From the NCBI RefSeq assembly GCF_001194135.2, contig NC_068981.1, positions 45,788,909 to 45,824,396 of the forward strand: DNA of 35,488 nt. The letters are read 5' to 3'. This DNA is from Octopus bimaculoides (lineage: Eukaryota). Position numbers and translations under genes: made by a program. Under the pieces are notes generated by a model. That model saw only the letters and a program-made list of their open reading frames with translations, did no database searches and had not been told where the DNA came from. Of this stretch, positions 1-11,497 are shown in pieces (within the stretch, counting starts at the first letter, position 1; each line of letters begins with the position of its first letter).

Positions 1-64
1 ATATATATATATATATATATATATAAAGCACATGTATTAAATGTTAATTTAAGAGTAAATATGT

Positions 65-985
65 AACTGTAAATACCTTGCAACTTTACAAATTGTTTAG
101 CTACAACGATGACGCTAATTATCACACGCAATATAATAACCAGATGACGTTGCAAGCTTACAGCAGGATCTGAATGCGATATACAAGTGCACTGAAGTGT
201 ATAACATGCTGTTTAATGTAAGAAAATTTCAAGCACTGCACTATCAACTCAGAAATGCTCTGCAGCCTAATTATTTAGGTCCCGAATGTAGTGCAATCCC
301 AGAATCACAAACAGGGAAAAGCTTGGGTATCAGTATGATGAATTAATTCATATGCACATTATGCAAGATGACAGCAAAGTTGAGACAACTGGCTAGAAGA
401 TTACTAAGGCCTTTCAAGACTATAAACCAGGAAGTTATGTTAAATATCCGGAGGACATTTGTTCTCATCCTGTACTACTGCTCTTAGCTATGGTCACCAC
501 ATAGTGCCAAATTAAAAGCGAAGCATGAAGCGGCTCAACGTCACTACAATAAAAAGTTTGAAACAGTGCAGCAGAAATTTTATGGCTTTCAATCCTGGAG
601 CGAAGGCGTGACACGATTTTAATCTTTGACGCGAAGGTGTGACCGATACGTAACAAACTATATATGAAAAAATTCTAGAAGGGCTAATATCTAATTTCGG
701 CATTGAATGTTATAAAAATACCAGAGCTGGACGCCATACATACTGTTCATTCCAGCTAAATTCCAGGAACAGGTAGTACAATAGCCTAGGGTTCAAAGCA
801 CTTCAGCCATTCAGCGCATTGCCACAAAAATTAAGAAACCTACACATTGACGTAGATGTCTTCAAAAAGTAAATAGACATCCTCCTCTGTACATTACCGG
901 ATGAACCGACGGCACGGCATGAGTTACAGACGGGGACAGCGGAATCAAAGACCCTCATACACGAAATGAGCCAAAAGCTGAGTCA
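65..985 (+). mobile_element. CR1/L2-like (Jockey group) LINE remnant: decayed 3' end of ORF2 (reverse transcriptase C-terminus)
   Basis: Manual translation across stops and frameshifts gives YNDDAN (cf. RT YADD), DDVASLQQDLNAIYKCTEVYNMLFNVRKFQALHY, YYCS*LWSPH, KILEGLISNFGI and RNLHIDVDVFKK*IDILLCTLPDEP. These match the usual CR1/L2 ORF2 C-terminal motifs LQxDL, NMxFNxxK, YCSxLWSP and IPDEP. Confidence 0.85.
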
Positions 986-1148
986 GAGTCACACACAGGT
1001 GTGTTGATGTGAAATCTACTAGTCTGAGGTAATCAGCCGAAGAATAATCATAGGTAACAATGAAAAATCACGGTGGTACTTCAGCATGACTGCAGCTGCA
1101 TGGCGGAAACAAATAAAAGAATATAAGAATGATAGAGTACGTATACAA

Positions 1149-1177
1149 GTGTGTGGGTGGGTGTAGGTATATATGTA

Positions 1178-1233
<56 letters not shown>

Positions 1234-1375
1234 AGTGTGTGTGTGTGTGTGTGTTTACATATATGAAACATACACACACATATCTACAGACATTTCTACA
1301 TACATACCTGTCTATCTATCTATATAACTATACAAACGTACATACACACACGCACATACATATATGCATACATAA
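1149..1375. repeat. Compound (TG)n/(TA)n/(CA)n microsatellite
   Basis: Directly visible dinucleotide runs. Confidence 0.95.
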
Positions 1376-2054
1376 ACTAATGGGTGTTATGTAGAGCTGT
1401 GTCACAATTTGCATACTTTCTGGCCGTTCTGAAAATCTTTTTTGACTTTGTTTTGTATACAGAGAATATAATTCAGACTCTTGTCAGATAAGGTAGAGAT
1501 TATATTGTTGAAGATGTTCACGTTGTGAGTGAAGGGGAATTATTCGGTTTTCCGCTAAGCTTGCGTGTTAAGGTCATATGAAGCCGCGTTTGAAGGTCAC
1601 ATCAAATATTATGTCTGGCAAGAACGACATATGACAAATCAATAGCTATAAAAGCTATTTGCATTCGACTTATAACTGTTTTAGACTGTTGGCTGTGTGT
1701 ACTCACTGTGTAAGCAACAATTATCTTATTTAACAAAGATGATGTGACTTTCTTTTGGGCTATATATACTGCTTTAGTGAGTGATTAAATTATTCGTAAG
1801 CGAACCTAGACAAAATAGGTGAAATAATGTTACTTTTAACCTTTTTCAATAGCCGCAGTTGAAACTTGCTAAAAATTTGAGACGAATATAAGACAAATAT
1901 CTGGTTCCTAAATTTTCAAGTTGTATTCAAATCCCCAGAATTAAGTGTACGCACTTGCCTTTTTCTAAAGGTCCTATCCTCTTCATCAAATGTAAAGATT
2001 TAATGTTGTGATAGAGAATGATTGAGAAGATGAAACGTTTGACAATCGCACCAG

Positions 2055-2215
2055 AAATCCCCGGAAATCTACGAGGCGTAGATGCAGATGCTTTCAAAGA
2101 TGACTTGGAAATTTTGTTTGTTTTTGTTTCATTTGAGATACAAGAGAAACCCACAGCAAATGTCAAAACGTTAATAAGGATGACTTTCGCCAACTAACCA
2201 AATCACCAGAGCTAA
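2055..2215 (+). mobile_element. Second short CR1/L2-like LINE 3'-end remnant
   Basis: Translates as GNLRGVDADAFKDDLEILF...QEKPTA, which aligns by eye with RNLHIDVDVFKK*IDILL...DEPTA of the remnant at about 835-925. Confidence 0.55.
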
Positions 2216-2418
2216 ATCTAGTAAGAGAGTGTCATGTAAAGGAAAAGAAATACACTTGCAATCATACTAATGTTAGTGCAACAGAATATTACTGCAGCAT
2301 CTTGTTGAAAGTTATAAAAGTAAAATACATCGTCCTAGCTAGCTAGATATCTGTCTGTTCATCTATATACCAATCCCCCCTATATATGCGTGTGTGGGTG
2401 TGTGTATGTATGTATATA

Positions 2419-2755
2419 NNNNNNNNNNNNNNNNNNNNNNNNNNNNNNNNNNNNNNNNNNNNNNNNNNNNNNNNNNNNNNNNNNNNNNNNNNNNNNNNNN
2501 NNNNNNNNNNNNNNNNNNNNNNNNNNNNNNNNNNNNNNNNNNNNNNNNNNNNNNNNNNNNNNNNNNNNNNNNNNNNNNNNNNNNNNNNNNNNNNNNNNNN
2601 NNNNNNNNNNNNNNNNNNNNNNNNNNNNNNNNNNNNNNNNNNNNNNNNNNNNNNNNNNNNNNNNNNNNNNNNNNNNNNNNNNNNNNNNNNNNNNNNNNNN
2701 NNNNNNNNNNNNNNNNNNNNNNNNNNNNNNNNNNNNNNNNNNNNNNNNNNNNNNN
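2419..2755. other. Assembly gap (N run). Other gaps: 3785-4055, 4572-4581, 11224-11233, 12636-13506, 21838-21847, 26366-26708, 28586-28655, 32424-32507
   Basis: N runs; most are directly flanked by (TA)n, (CT)n, (TG)n or (CA)n arrays. Confidence 0.98.
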
Positions 2756-4214
2756 ATATATATATATATATATATATATATACGTATAAATACATACATA
2801 CACACACATGCACACACACATACACACATATATATTTATAAGCATAAAATAATGCAAACGCGGGAAAACTATTTTTTCTTCTTTTACAGACAAAAGTTTT
2901 GGTTGCACATACTGATGGTGTAACTCCCCCACTTACAATGGCTGGTACTGTTCAATGTAGTCATTCAATCAGTGATTAATTATCAATATCCTTTAATGTA
3001 GCAATTGAAATCTACATTTTTGTCATGCGTGTCATCGAGTCTTCTTCTGCAAAACCGCTTTCCCAAAATCTGTCCTTCATTGCATTTTAGAAGAGAAGAT
3101 CGGTGAGCGCTAGATAGGGTATGTAAAGAAGGTACGGCAGAACTAACTGACCCTAATTACTATTTAATTTGCCAAATATATGAACGGTCACGCCTGTTTT
3201 TTGGGAGAGGCGAGACTGGCTATTGAGCATAGTTTTAAGACACTCGTTCGATCTCACCTACCTAATGGTAGTTTAACATTTATGAAGGCCTCAATTTTTT
3301 ATGCTCGCTGAGTGACAACTTTGCAATCAAAAGAGCAGTTACTGTAATTATTTGCAATGTTAATCAGCTCTTGTAAGTTTGGGGTATGGAGTAGATTTGT
3401 GTCTATTTCACAGAATACACCTTTGTCTGCAGGAAATACAATTGCTACCACGTTGATACATTCCACGTATCAGAAAAGAAAAACTATTCTCGTAGCTTCA
3501 AACTTTTCTAGTATTTCAGAGCAAATATCTTCACTTCTTTTTTTGACCAATGAGTGTCAACAATCCTCTTGCATAGTAGAGTTGTACACTAGGCAGACAG
3601 ATTACGATTCCTCTATCAGTTCAAGAAGAATAAGATAAAGTCAGGCAGCACAAGCAGGATACTTACTTCATTGCTGGTTTCCACTTTGCCGTTTACGTCC
3701 ATCTGTGCACATTGTTCTTGACACGATGTTGCTTCCTTTTACAAAATATAGCTTTCTCTTATGCCTGTAAGACATGCACGATATNNNNNNNNNNNNNNNN
3801 NNNNNNNNNNNNNNNNNNNNNNNNNNNNNNNNNNNNNNNNNNNNNNNNNNNNNNNNNNNNNNNNNNNNNNNNNNNNNNNNNNNNNNNNNNNNNNNNNNNN
3901 NNNNNNNNNNNNNNNNNNNNNNNNNNNNNNNNNNNNNNNNNNNNNNNNNNNNNNNNNNNNNNNNNNNNNNNNNNNNNNNNNNNNNNNNNNNNNNNNNNNN
4001 NNNNNNNNNNNNNNNNNNNNNNNNNNNNNNNNNNNNNNNNNNNNNNNNNNNNNNNACCATTGTGGTTTTAGAGTCTGATTTGACAGCTATTTTTTCAGCG
4101 TGGTGGTATCTCTTGATACCCTGTATTATAATTTTAAATAATTATTACCTTTGATGGTTTTTATTCCCATGCTGACCACTTGATAAGATCAATATTTTAA
4201 ATATCGATCTTATC

Positions 4215-4254
<40 letters not shown>

Positions 4255-4519
4255 TAATTCTTCTATCAAACGGTTTTTAGATACCTCTTCAGTTTTATTA
4301 CATTCGTTTTATATGTATGCATAATTTCTTTCTTTCTTTCTGTATTTCTATCTTTCTTACTTTCTCTCTCTTTCTAGATTTATTTCTCTCTTTCTCTCTC
4401 GCTTTAAAGATTGCTACCTTTTTACACCTATATGCGTGTTCGTACTTATGTAGATACACACACACACGTTTTCATGTCAATCTCTCTCCCATTCACTAAA
4501 ACATATATATTGCATATAA

Positions 4520-4536
4520 ATCCTTCTTTCTTTCTT

Positions 4537-4571
<35 letters not shown>

Positions 4572-4581
4572 NNNNNNNNNN

Positions 4582-4626
<45 letters not shown>

Positions 4627-4830
4627 GTTCTACATATATATTTGGTGATATGCATCTAATATATATGTCTATTACAGAAAGAGAGAAGACAAAAGAAAGA
4701 GAGAGAGAGTAAGATAAAGGGAGATACAGAGAAAGAGAGTGAGAGGAAGATAAAGGGAGAGAAAGTGAATGAATGAGAAAGAGAAAGAGAAGGATAGTCA
4801 ATGAAAGAGAAAGATAGAGAGACAAAGTTA
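4520..4830. repeat. (CT)n microsatellite followed by a degenerate GA-rich low-complexity tract
   Basis: Directly visible; contains a 10-N gap. Confidence 0.9.
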
Positions 4831-5019
4831 AATAAATCTCAAAACGTATTAATTGTGGGAGGCAAATATAGTTATAACAATAGTCATAATGTCTATTAAT
4901 AGAAACAAATACTAATTGAAATAATAGAGATAGTGAGCTGGTATATTCGTGAGCACGACAGGCAAACATCTTGTCGGCATTTCATTTGGATCTACTTATT
5001 TCTGTGGAGGATGATTGAG

Positions 5020-5135
5020 TCTTTTATTCTTTCAGGGCCCATCAAATAACTACAATTTGAACACTGGGGTCGATGTAATCGACTTATGCCTTCCTCTGAA
5101 ATTACTGGTCCTGTGCCAAAAGTTGAAAACAACAA
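5020..5135 (+). mobile_element. 3' fragment of the tRNA-derived SINE family seen at 32153
   Basis: cactggggtcgatgtaatcgactta nearly matches cactggggtcgatataatcgactta in the full-length copy. Confidence 0.7.
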
Positions 5136-6648
5136 AATTAATTACTAACATTCTATTTAATTAAAGAATATTAAAGAAATTAAGAATAAAAATAGTACAT
5201 TTAGAAGGGAAGGAACATAGACGTAAAATCAAAGAGAAGTTTGAATTTGATCGTTTCAAAGGATCCATAAAAATAAGCTCGTGGACAGAGTGATCCCTTT
5301 TATGTAAATAAGAAATAACTGAATAAAACGGATCATTATTAAACAAAGAATTTTGTGTATCACACATTAAAAAAACAAATGTTTTTAGGTGTGTAATTTA
5401 GTAAAGCAAATACATAATCAAACCGAATTTTCGGGACATTTATAAAATGTAAGTAGTCTAGCTTTCAAAAATATGCAGCAGATCACTTTCATTAACCAAA
5501 ACGTATACGTGCGACTAAACAGCATGCCAATTCATGGAAGTTAATACTATTAAGAAATCTGCAGAATGATCGTAACACTGCATAAACCATGCACGATTTT
5601 AAAAGATGAATACAGGTTTTTCAGATACGATAATTTCTAATATGAATTAAACGTTAGATAAAGGCTGACTTAATGCATTTGAGTATCGAATATATAACGG
5701 GATCGATGAGTTTGCTAATATCATCAAAGAATGACAAGGAACGGACGAATCCATCCCAGTCCACCACACTTCGAATCCTCATAGTAACTGCTAATGTTTT
5801 ATTAAACAATGTTCGTGCGTCTGTATTCGTGCCTATGTTGGTGTTTGACTGTGTACATGATGTTTACATCTGTGAATGAGTCAATGTGCGCGCGTGTGTG
5901 TGTGTGTTTCTGTGAATTGTTTGTATGTGCTTATCTATGTGCACATATCGTAATTCTATACATAAATATATGGATAGAAATACCATTTTAAAGAAGATGT
6001 GATTGTGTATTGAACATTTCCGAAGAGCAGAATAAAAACAATTTGTCTATTATTAGTAATTTCACCGGATATTTCAGGGATCCATTTCTATATTGATTTC
6101 TGTAATTAAGGTGCTAGAAAATTCGCCAACCCAGATTGAATGCAGCAATTAAGACTATTCGCACCACAGGCAGCAAACAAACTGCTGGTTAAACTGAATA
6201 AAGCAATGTGTATGGTTTAAACTCAAGGTTTAAATTGCCATCGCCAATGTGTCTGCGATAACAAATATTTAATATGAAGACAATATATGTCGATAATCAC
6301 GTCAAACGAAAATTGAAACATGTAACGATAAAACTGATCTAGAGTTCAGTCAATTTCAATTAGTAAACTCTATTATTGACATATGAAAGAAACTAATGCC
6401 AATAAATGACAGTGTTTAAAACTAACATGCTACATATGGCTTGACTACTTCAAATACTAGCGTGGATTAAAGATGTTTCAGAAGACAAGGATATTTACAT
6501 ACAACTAAAAGCATGCAAATTTCCTAATACAATGGCACCTCGGTTTACGAACTCTGCTCTTGACATATATATAGACATATATGTATATAGAGACATATAG
6601 ATATAGATAGACAAACAGGCAGACACACAGATTCGAAAATCGAGGTTC

Positions 6649-6912
6649 TACTCTTTTACTTGTTTCAGTCATTTGATTTCGGCCATGCTGAAGCACCGCC
6701 TTTAGTCGAGCAAGTCGACCTCATGACTTATTCTTTGTAAGCCTAGTACTTATTATATCGGTCTGTTTTGCCGAACCGCTAAGTTACGGAGACGTAAACA
6801 CACCAGTATCGGTTGTCAAGCAATGTTGGATGGACAAACACAGGCACACAAACATATACACACACGTACACACACACACACACACACACACACGAACGCA
6901 CACATACACACA

Positions 6913-6972
<60 letters not shown>

Positions 6973-7135
6973 CGATGGGCTTCATTCAGTTTCTGTCGTC
7001 CAAATCCACTCACAAGGCTTTGGTTGGCCCGAGATTATAGTAGAAGACACTTGCCCATGGTGCCACGCAATGGGAATGAACCCGGAACCATGTGGTTGGT
7101 AAGCAAGCTACTTACCACACACCCACTCCTGCGCC
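6649..7135 (-). mobile_element. Full-length tRNA-derived SINE (family A) with an internal (TA)n(TG)n microsatellite
   Basis: The minus strand starts ggcgcaggagtgggtgtgtggtaagtagcttgc...ggttccgggttcattccc (tRNA-like head with A/B-box-like motifs). A central domain follows (aagccttgtgagtggatttgg..agaaactgaatgaagccc), then the microsatellite at about 6845-6972 and a tail ending tgactgaaacaagtaaaagagta. It resembles recalled cephalopod SINEs; the subfamily was not verified. Confidence 0.85.
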
Positions 7136-7691
7136 TATGTATATTAATTTTGATCACCGCTATTAATATGAAACATGAGATATAAGATATCAGCATGGGC
7201 GGAGAGCTTTTAGACATTTTGCTGTTATCCAGTATATGTTGAGGCCTGATCTAATACACATGCAACGTAAAAGGTTATGTTATATTTTAGTTATTCAAAG
7301 ACACGGTTTATCAAAGTTTACATTAGTCAATCAACTTTTCTTTTTCTTTAATTAAATAAGGTTTTACTTGCGTCATAATCCCTACGAGCAATTTGAAGAA
7401 AACAGTAATGAATTACGGGAATATTATTCTTATACGTAAAAGTAAATCCGAGCAGAGGGATGATATTGCTCGTTGCTACCTTACTAAGAACGATTAGATT
7501 CAACACTTAATAAGCTTGAGAATTATATTCATACTTCAAATGAATATTTAATTTCAAAAAATTACCACCCGTGAGAATTTGTGGGTGAGTGAGCCTTCCG
7601 TCTAGGTTTCGCTTATTCAGTTCATTTGCTCGTATTGATTTTTGTTTATTAATAATTTCAACCGAAATTTAATTTTAATCATTTCCCTCAT

Positions 7692-7760
7692 TAAGGCGAC
7701 GAGCTGGCAGATTTGTGAACGCCTCGGCCAAAATGGTTTGTGGCATTTGTTTAGAATCTG
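7692..7760 (+). mobile_element. Truncated, decayed head of the SINE family seen at 32153
   Basis: aaggcgacgagctggcaga differs by one base from aaggcggcgagctggcaga at 32151. Confidence 0.7.
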
Positions 7761-10494
7761 TATCTTGTACGTTTAGTATTTTACGATTTTTTTCTATAAT
7801 ATATAATGAATATGTAGGAGACACACAGATATGCCCTACGTAAGAAAACGTTAACAGTAGATAGATTTTCATTTTGTGTTTATAAATATCATAATAATTT
7901 TCATTTAAACGTCATGTCTATATAATTTATCAAGTAGTATATATTACTTTTTTATTTACTCAGTCATTTGGTTTTTCATTCTTTAAAATGTAGTGCATAA
8001 CTGACGACGATGTCATTGTCAGAAATATGAACAAAGTTCGTTGGTAGTCATTTGAAATAAAAGCATAATATTAGTCACTCTCTAGTATATTATTTTTCAT
8101 TTTAAGTTTGATTATTGTTAGTATTTCCATGAACTCTGCATTACAATTGAACTCCATTTTGTTTGAGTCTTTTACCAAAGATTTTTCAACTAGCTATAGA
8201 GTTACAACATACCTAAATTATTTCTATACATTTTATTTATTTTCTTTTAAATATATGTATTTATATGCAATACTCTCAAGCACATCTACAGTGTAGATGT
8301 ATCAGTTCCTCAGCTGTTGCCAATCATTGTTATATTTCATTCTGTAAAGTTATGTTTAACCTACTTACGTAGTATTACTTCCTGTAGGGTATTGAAATGA
8401 TATTCACACAGCAACCATCTCTAAAAGCACAGGGCGTACACAGTTAGTTAATATAGTATAGAGGAGGGAGCATCTTTGGCTTTACCCTAGAAATGTATCC
8501 AACTTTGAATTATGGTCGGAAAGTTCTCTCATTTATATCTGCTAGAACAATGAAGCAATTCTGATTTACACAATTCTCCTAATTAGGATTGGTTCATATT
8601 GCAGTTGCTTTGTGTATTTATCCCTGTAAGTTTATTTGTTTGGTTATTTAATATCCGTATCTATGTTTTCATAATTAGCAATAAAGAGGAATGCATCTCA
8701 AATAGCACTCTGTTTACAAGCGCAATGATATTTCTGTTTTATATACCACATTTCCTCTATTGAATAATACTATTTCTTTCAAGTAAAACAAATTGGAGAT
8801 GAATATTATATTTCATTATATTTTCCCAGCTAACATTTCTTATTTTTATTTCATTTGTATCATTGATGATTGAATCTTGTAATTCACATCAATCAGATTT
8901 TTGCCCTTTCAGATCTCTACAATAAATGTTCTTTATGAATCTACATTTGTGACTTTAATCGGAATAATACACTGATGTGAGACATCACTGTGATAATAAT
9001 CGAAACACGAATATTATACAAATGAAGTGAATAAGAAATGTCTATGCGTGATGTACAATAACATTATTTCATCTAACTGAACAGTCTCATAATTTAGGAA
9101 ATCTATTATTACGTAATAGTTTAATGTAACCATCAATATGTTTTCCAATTTTATAATACTAAGTCCTATGATTATTTCCTACGATGTAAATAAGTGAAAC
9201 ACCATTCCCAGTTTAATCAAAATATTACTATGCAGATATGTAATTTGTTTGTCCATATGTTATCATGCAATATGAAATTTTTAATTTTCATAATTATTAG
9301 TATAAATTTTATGAGATATTCAGTTTGTTACTTCTTAAGGGATAATTCATATGTAGATTCAAGTTTTACATAAGAAACTTTCAGAATAGAGCAATATGAG
9401 TAAAATGCATGATTATTGTCGTGCTTGCTTACAGATAACATGTCAGTATATCAGAATGCATCGTATTATGCTATCTGTGAACCGATGATGGTATATATGA
9501 TGAAAATATGTCAAGAAAGATTACAGATATGTTACTGACTTTTATTTAATAAAATTCAAATGTAAGATTCATATCGACATACTTATAAAAATAAACGATA
9601 GAATTATATATCTCTGGAGAAAAAAAAGAAGAATAAACAGCTTCATATTTGTGTAATATATTTTCGATAAAGTAGCAGCCTAACTAAATGATGTAGTCAA
9701 AGAACGGTTCCAATTATAGGATTAAATGCATAACAATCCTTAGATATAAAATAATCAGCGAATTGATAATCTTCCGAAGCAAGAAAACATTGAAAATCCG
9801 TCTTCAATAGAAAATAAGTAAATCAGTAGCTCCGGCTCTTTCAGCTACAGCACCAGATCGACTCCTTTCTCTCAGATTCGTCAAGTAATGTAAGCGTCTC
9901 TGGTGAGAACCCATTTATATTTTAAAAAAAGTCAAATACCATTTGTCAATCAATGGTGAAACAGGTAAATTTGATCTTTGCATTTTAACTGCGTAGATTT
10001 TGCATAAAGTTGAATAAAAATACAAATTGATTACCAGCAACAATATATACGTACAGCCGATAAATGCGCTAGCAAGAATCACAACTTTGCAAAACAAGAA
10101 CAGTGTTACATGTCATGGACATTACTTCGCAAAACAACGACGAAATAACGGACATTTAAAAGAAATCCATATACTTCACCGAAGGACAAACAAATATGGT
10201 AACAATGTATCGTTTTCTAGATATAAAAGGAAAAATATATAGCAATAGATCTATAGAAAAAAAAACCCCAGCTAGCATCTCAAAGGGAGAGCAACAAACG
10301 TCGGTGTCTTTCTAAATAGGTATGGATCTGTTTAATCACTGCAAAGAATGTTATTCAGAGGCAGTCATCGAATTGACTAATGCCTGTTTCGTGTGCAACT
10401 TCAAAGAAAAACAGCTCCCAAATTTACTGATTTTCTGGCGTACATCATAATACAGAAACAAAACGATTATAAGAAACTTTAGTATTATTTGTTT

Positions 10495-10562
10495 TACTAC
10501 TGTTAATTTTATATCCGAATTTAATATTTTGGTCTCATTGTCATTCGGTAACACAAACACAA

Positions 10563-10595
<33 letters not shown>

Positions 10596-10830
10596 CACAC
10601 AGACACACACGCTCAGAGGCACAAAGACACACACACACATACACACACACTCACACACGCATACATACATACATACATACATACATACTACTGTTAATTT
10701 TCTATCTGAATTTAATATTTTGGTCTCATTGTCATTTACTAACACACACACAAAGACACACACACACACGCACATACAAACACTCACACACATACATACA
10801 CCCGCACACACGCATACATATATACATACG
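10495..10830. repeat. Tandem duplication with a 191-bp period; each unit is a unique ~55-bp head plus a (CA)n/(TACA)n microsatellite
   Basis: tactactgttaatttt.tatc.gaatttaatattttggtctcattgtcatt occurs at 10495 and again at 10686. Confidence 0.9.
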
Positions 10831-11149
10831 TGTGCATAGAGAGGGAACCTACTTTGGAATCGTTTAAGATAAGAGGTTAAACTTTTTTTGATTTGATAGG
10901 TAAAAAGTGCTTTCGAATCTTTGAACCTCCTCTTGCATACTGAGTAAATAATTAAGATACGAAAACGAGGGATGAAAAATGTATGCATGAACAAACTTTA
11001 TTTATTCAAGTAACTTTTGGAAGTTCCATTCTGAAACGTGTTTCTGCTGCAAATCTTTGGAATTAAGCATACATTGTAGTTGATTTTATATACATCAAGT
11101 GAATGTACATCTATATTTATATCTACATATTAATACATAGAGGTATGTG

Positions 11150-11223
<74 letters not shown>

Positions 11224-11233
11224 NNNNNNNNNN

Positions 11234-11290
<57 letters not shown>
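11150..11290. repeat. (TA)n(TG)n microsatellite with a 10-N gap
   Basis: Directly visible. Confidence 0.95.
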
Positions 11291-11291
<1 letters not shown>

Positions 11292-11329
11292 GGTATATGC
11301 ACATGTATGTTTATATATCGGAGTAAGCA

Positions 11330-11497
11330 CATAAATGTGCAACAAGGTGCCAGAAAGAGTACTCAAATACCAGAGGTAGAGTAATATGCTTTATTTAAAA
11401 GCAGCAGAAATATAACAAAAAACTGTTACTCGGAGTTTCACGTTTCCGATCATCGGACAGTTTTGTTCCTAACAAAACTGTCCGATGAACAGGAATG
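11330..11497 (-). mobile_element. Penelope-like element (PLE) terminal-repeat-like fragment with an inverted partial copy
   Basis: The minus strand carries a minimal hammerhead motif followed by AATAAA (ttttaaataaagcatattac). An inverted truncated copy lies on the plus strand at 11471-11497. Minimal hammerheads and inverted terminal repeats are established PLE features; the family assignment is inference. Confidence 0.6.
11417..11467 (-). ncRNA. Minimal type-I hammerhead ribozyme-like motif (core variant CCGAUGA)
   Basis: Minus strand reads aacaaaactgt-CCGATGA-tcggaaacgt-GAAA-ctccgag-TA-acagttttttgtt. Stem I is aaaactgt/acagtttt; stem II is cg-gaaa-cg with a U.U closing mismatch; stem III is act-ccg-agt. 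The predicted cleavage site follows GUA, between 11427 and 11426. Confidence 0.7.

Noticed and set aside
1019-1394. HT/YI/CV-repeat ORFs here and at 6779-7185, 10351-11384, 14194-14686, 18512-18853, 21570-21961 and 28227-28756
   Set aside because: These are translations of (CA)n, (TA)n and (TG)n microsatellites.
3300-3428. Minus-strand acceptor followed by DKGVFCEIDTN...NNYSNC, loosely EGF-like
   Set aside because: The required EGF cysteines are missing, and no partner exon was found.
5640-5790. Minus-strand DPVIY resembling the GPCR NPxxY motif
   Set aside because: The preceding residues are polar (FFDDISK), not a TM7 helix, so it is probably chance.
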